From the NCBI RefSeq assembly GCF_963921235.1, contig NC_086114.1:63798001-63862000 (forward strand): a stretch of DNA of 64,000 bases, in the 5' to 3' direction. Position numbers and translations under genes: made by a program. Shown one piece after another: positions 62,458 through 64,000 of the stretch. Origin of the DNA: Mobula hypostoma. Lineage: Eukaryota. Under the pieces are notes generated by a model. It saw nothing but the letters and a program-made list of their open reading frames with translations. It made no database searches and was not told the DNA's origin. The first letter of the stretch is position 1. Each line of letters opens with the position of its first letter.

Positions 62458-63179
62458 CTAGGTTTCTCTGCAAAGTTTTACTTTGCCACTGCTCTGCTGG
62501 AAGTACGAACCAACTAGAGCAAGTTCCCTGGACACCAAACCCAGCCCTGACTGTTAGTGACTTTGGAAACACCTTTGCTAACCCTGTAGTTGCACAGTCA
62601 CTGCCTAGATAGAAGAGATCTCCACTGAAATGTTTCCCAAAAAGCTGATGGCAGTACAGAGAAACTATAGAAGAAACACCTTTCACTCTGTTTAATGTAT
62701 TCAGTTATAGAATGTAGATGTCATTTCGCCATTTTGGTACTATTGCAGAACAAGCTGAGATAATTAAAATTAAAGCAGGATGTAGTGTGGATCTCAAGTC
62801 AAGTGCAGATCAGACCAGGTAAAGACAGCAGGGGACATGAGAGATAGCAGATGCTGGAACCTGAAGCAACAATTAGCGGCTTGAGTAAATATCTGTGGCA
62901 GATGGGAGGAAGAATCGTTAATATGTGGAGGTCAAGTCCTGAGGCAGAATCTTAATCCGAAACATCAAAAATTCCTTTCCCTCCACAGATGTTGCTTTGG
63001 TCACTGGGTTCCTCCAGTAGATTATTGGTAAAGAGAGCAGATTTCTTTCCCTGAAGAATATTAGTGAGACAGATTGGACAAAAAGCTGCCAACAGTCAGG
63101 GCTGGGTTTGGTGTCTGGGGAACTTGCCACTGTACTTCCAGCAGAGCATTGGCAAAGTAAAGCTTTGCAGAAAAACCTA
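62458..63179. repeat. Inverted repeat pair of about 100 bp (62458-62558 and 63090-63179)
   Basis: TGCAAAG..TTTACTTTGCCA..GCTCTGCTGGAAGTAC...GACACCAAACCCAGCCCTGACTGTT and its reverse complement. Confidence 0.8.
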
Positions 63180-64000
63180 AAATAATTTCCACCATGTTAG
63201 ATTTCACTCTCAAGGACTCTACGACTCAGGCTCTGTATTACTTATTTACTTTTTTATCATTTGCTTAAATTTTATTCTTTTGCACACTGCTTGTTTGTCA
63301 GTCTTTGTTATTTAGATTTTCATAAATTCTATTTCTTCATTTTCCTGTAAATGCCTGCAAGGAAATGAATCGTGGGATAGTCCATGGTGATGTGAACATA
63401 CTTTGATAATAAATTTACTCTGACTTCTCTTCCACATTTACTTGGACTTGAATTGGCCAGATGCAGTGGAATTGAACGCAGGACTTCCATTACTAACTGA
63501 TCTCGGGATTACCTGTGCATTAACAACCACTATGATGATGCATCCATATTGTTTTACAAATAAAAAAGGAGTTAATTTCTCATCGGTAATCTAAAACCCC
63601 CTAAACATATTATTTACAACACACACAATATGCTGGAGGAACTCTGCAAAGCAGGCAGCAACCCAGTTTTTTTTCAAAACTGGAACTTCTTCAATTACTT
63701 GGTTTAGTTACTGAGCTCCCACCAAGGCATTTGAACCCCTATCTTTGGATCAACAGTGCAGAACACTGGGCGCTCGCTCAGTGTCTCACCCAGAAACCAT
63801 GTAATCCCTCATGAAATGAAAAACTAGGTGGGGGGTGGGTTATTCTGATCGTCATTGGTTAGTTTAGAAACTGCAGTTGATTTTCTCATTGCTTAGTCAC
63901 CTGGTGTGTAGTTTCAAATGTCCCGGGTACAACTCAACTTATTGAGTTGCCACATTCTAAGAGTAGTCCAGTCCTGTGGAACTGGCTGCAGTTTGCCCTA

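Noticed and set aside
62357-62686. 109-aa minus-strand ORF
   Set aside because: It crosses an inverted-repeat arm, a Rex tail and the Tc1 TIR, and shows no recognisable homology.

Overview
This is eukaryotic, vertebrate genomic DNA. The CR1, Rex-Babar, Penelope and V-SINE repeat landscape points to a cartilaginous fish, probably a ray (inference). Three spliced minus-strand genes lie in tandem: NGRN (3 coding exons, complete, 309 aa), HDDC3/MESH1 (4 exons, complete, 180 aa, or 198 aa from an upstream ATG) and VPS33B (coding exons 1-10, continuing past the left edge). All exons have canonical GT-AG boundaries with consistent phase. The rest is mostly transposon-derived: two young, near-identical CR1 LINEs in inverted orientation, older CR1 and Rex-Babar fragments, Penelope fragments with minimal hammerhead ribozyme motifs, solo LTRs, a Tc1 element, mariner and hAT MITEs, and a 50-bp minisatellite. 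The most striking structure is a decayed hAT transposon inserted about 57 bp upstream of the VPS33B ATG (8-bp TSD TCTCCTAG). An inverted copy of its 5' end, sharing the same apparent frameshift, is fused 17 nt upstream of the HDDC3 start codon and supplies an in-frame transposase-derived ATG (MDKVKAAELQIA). One transposon lineage therefore appears to have remodelled the promoters of two neighbouring housekeeping genes.
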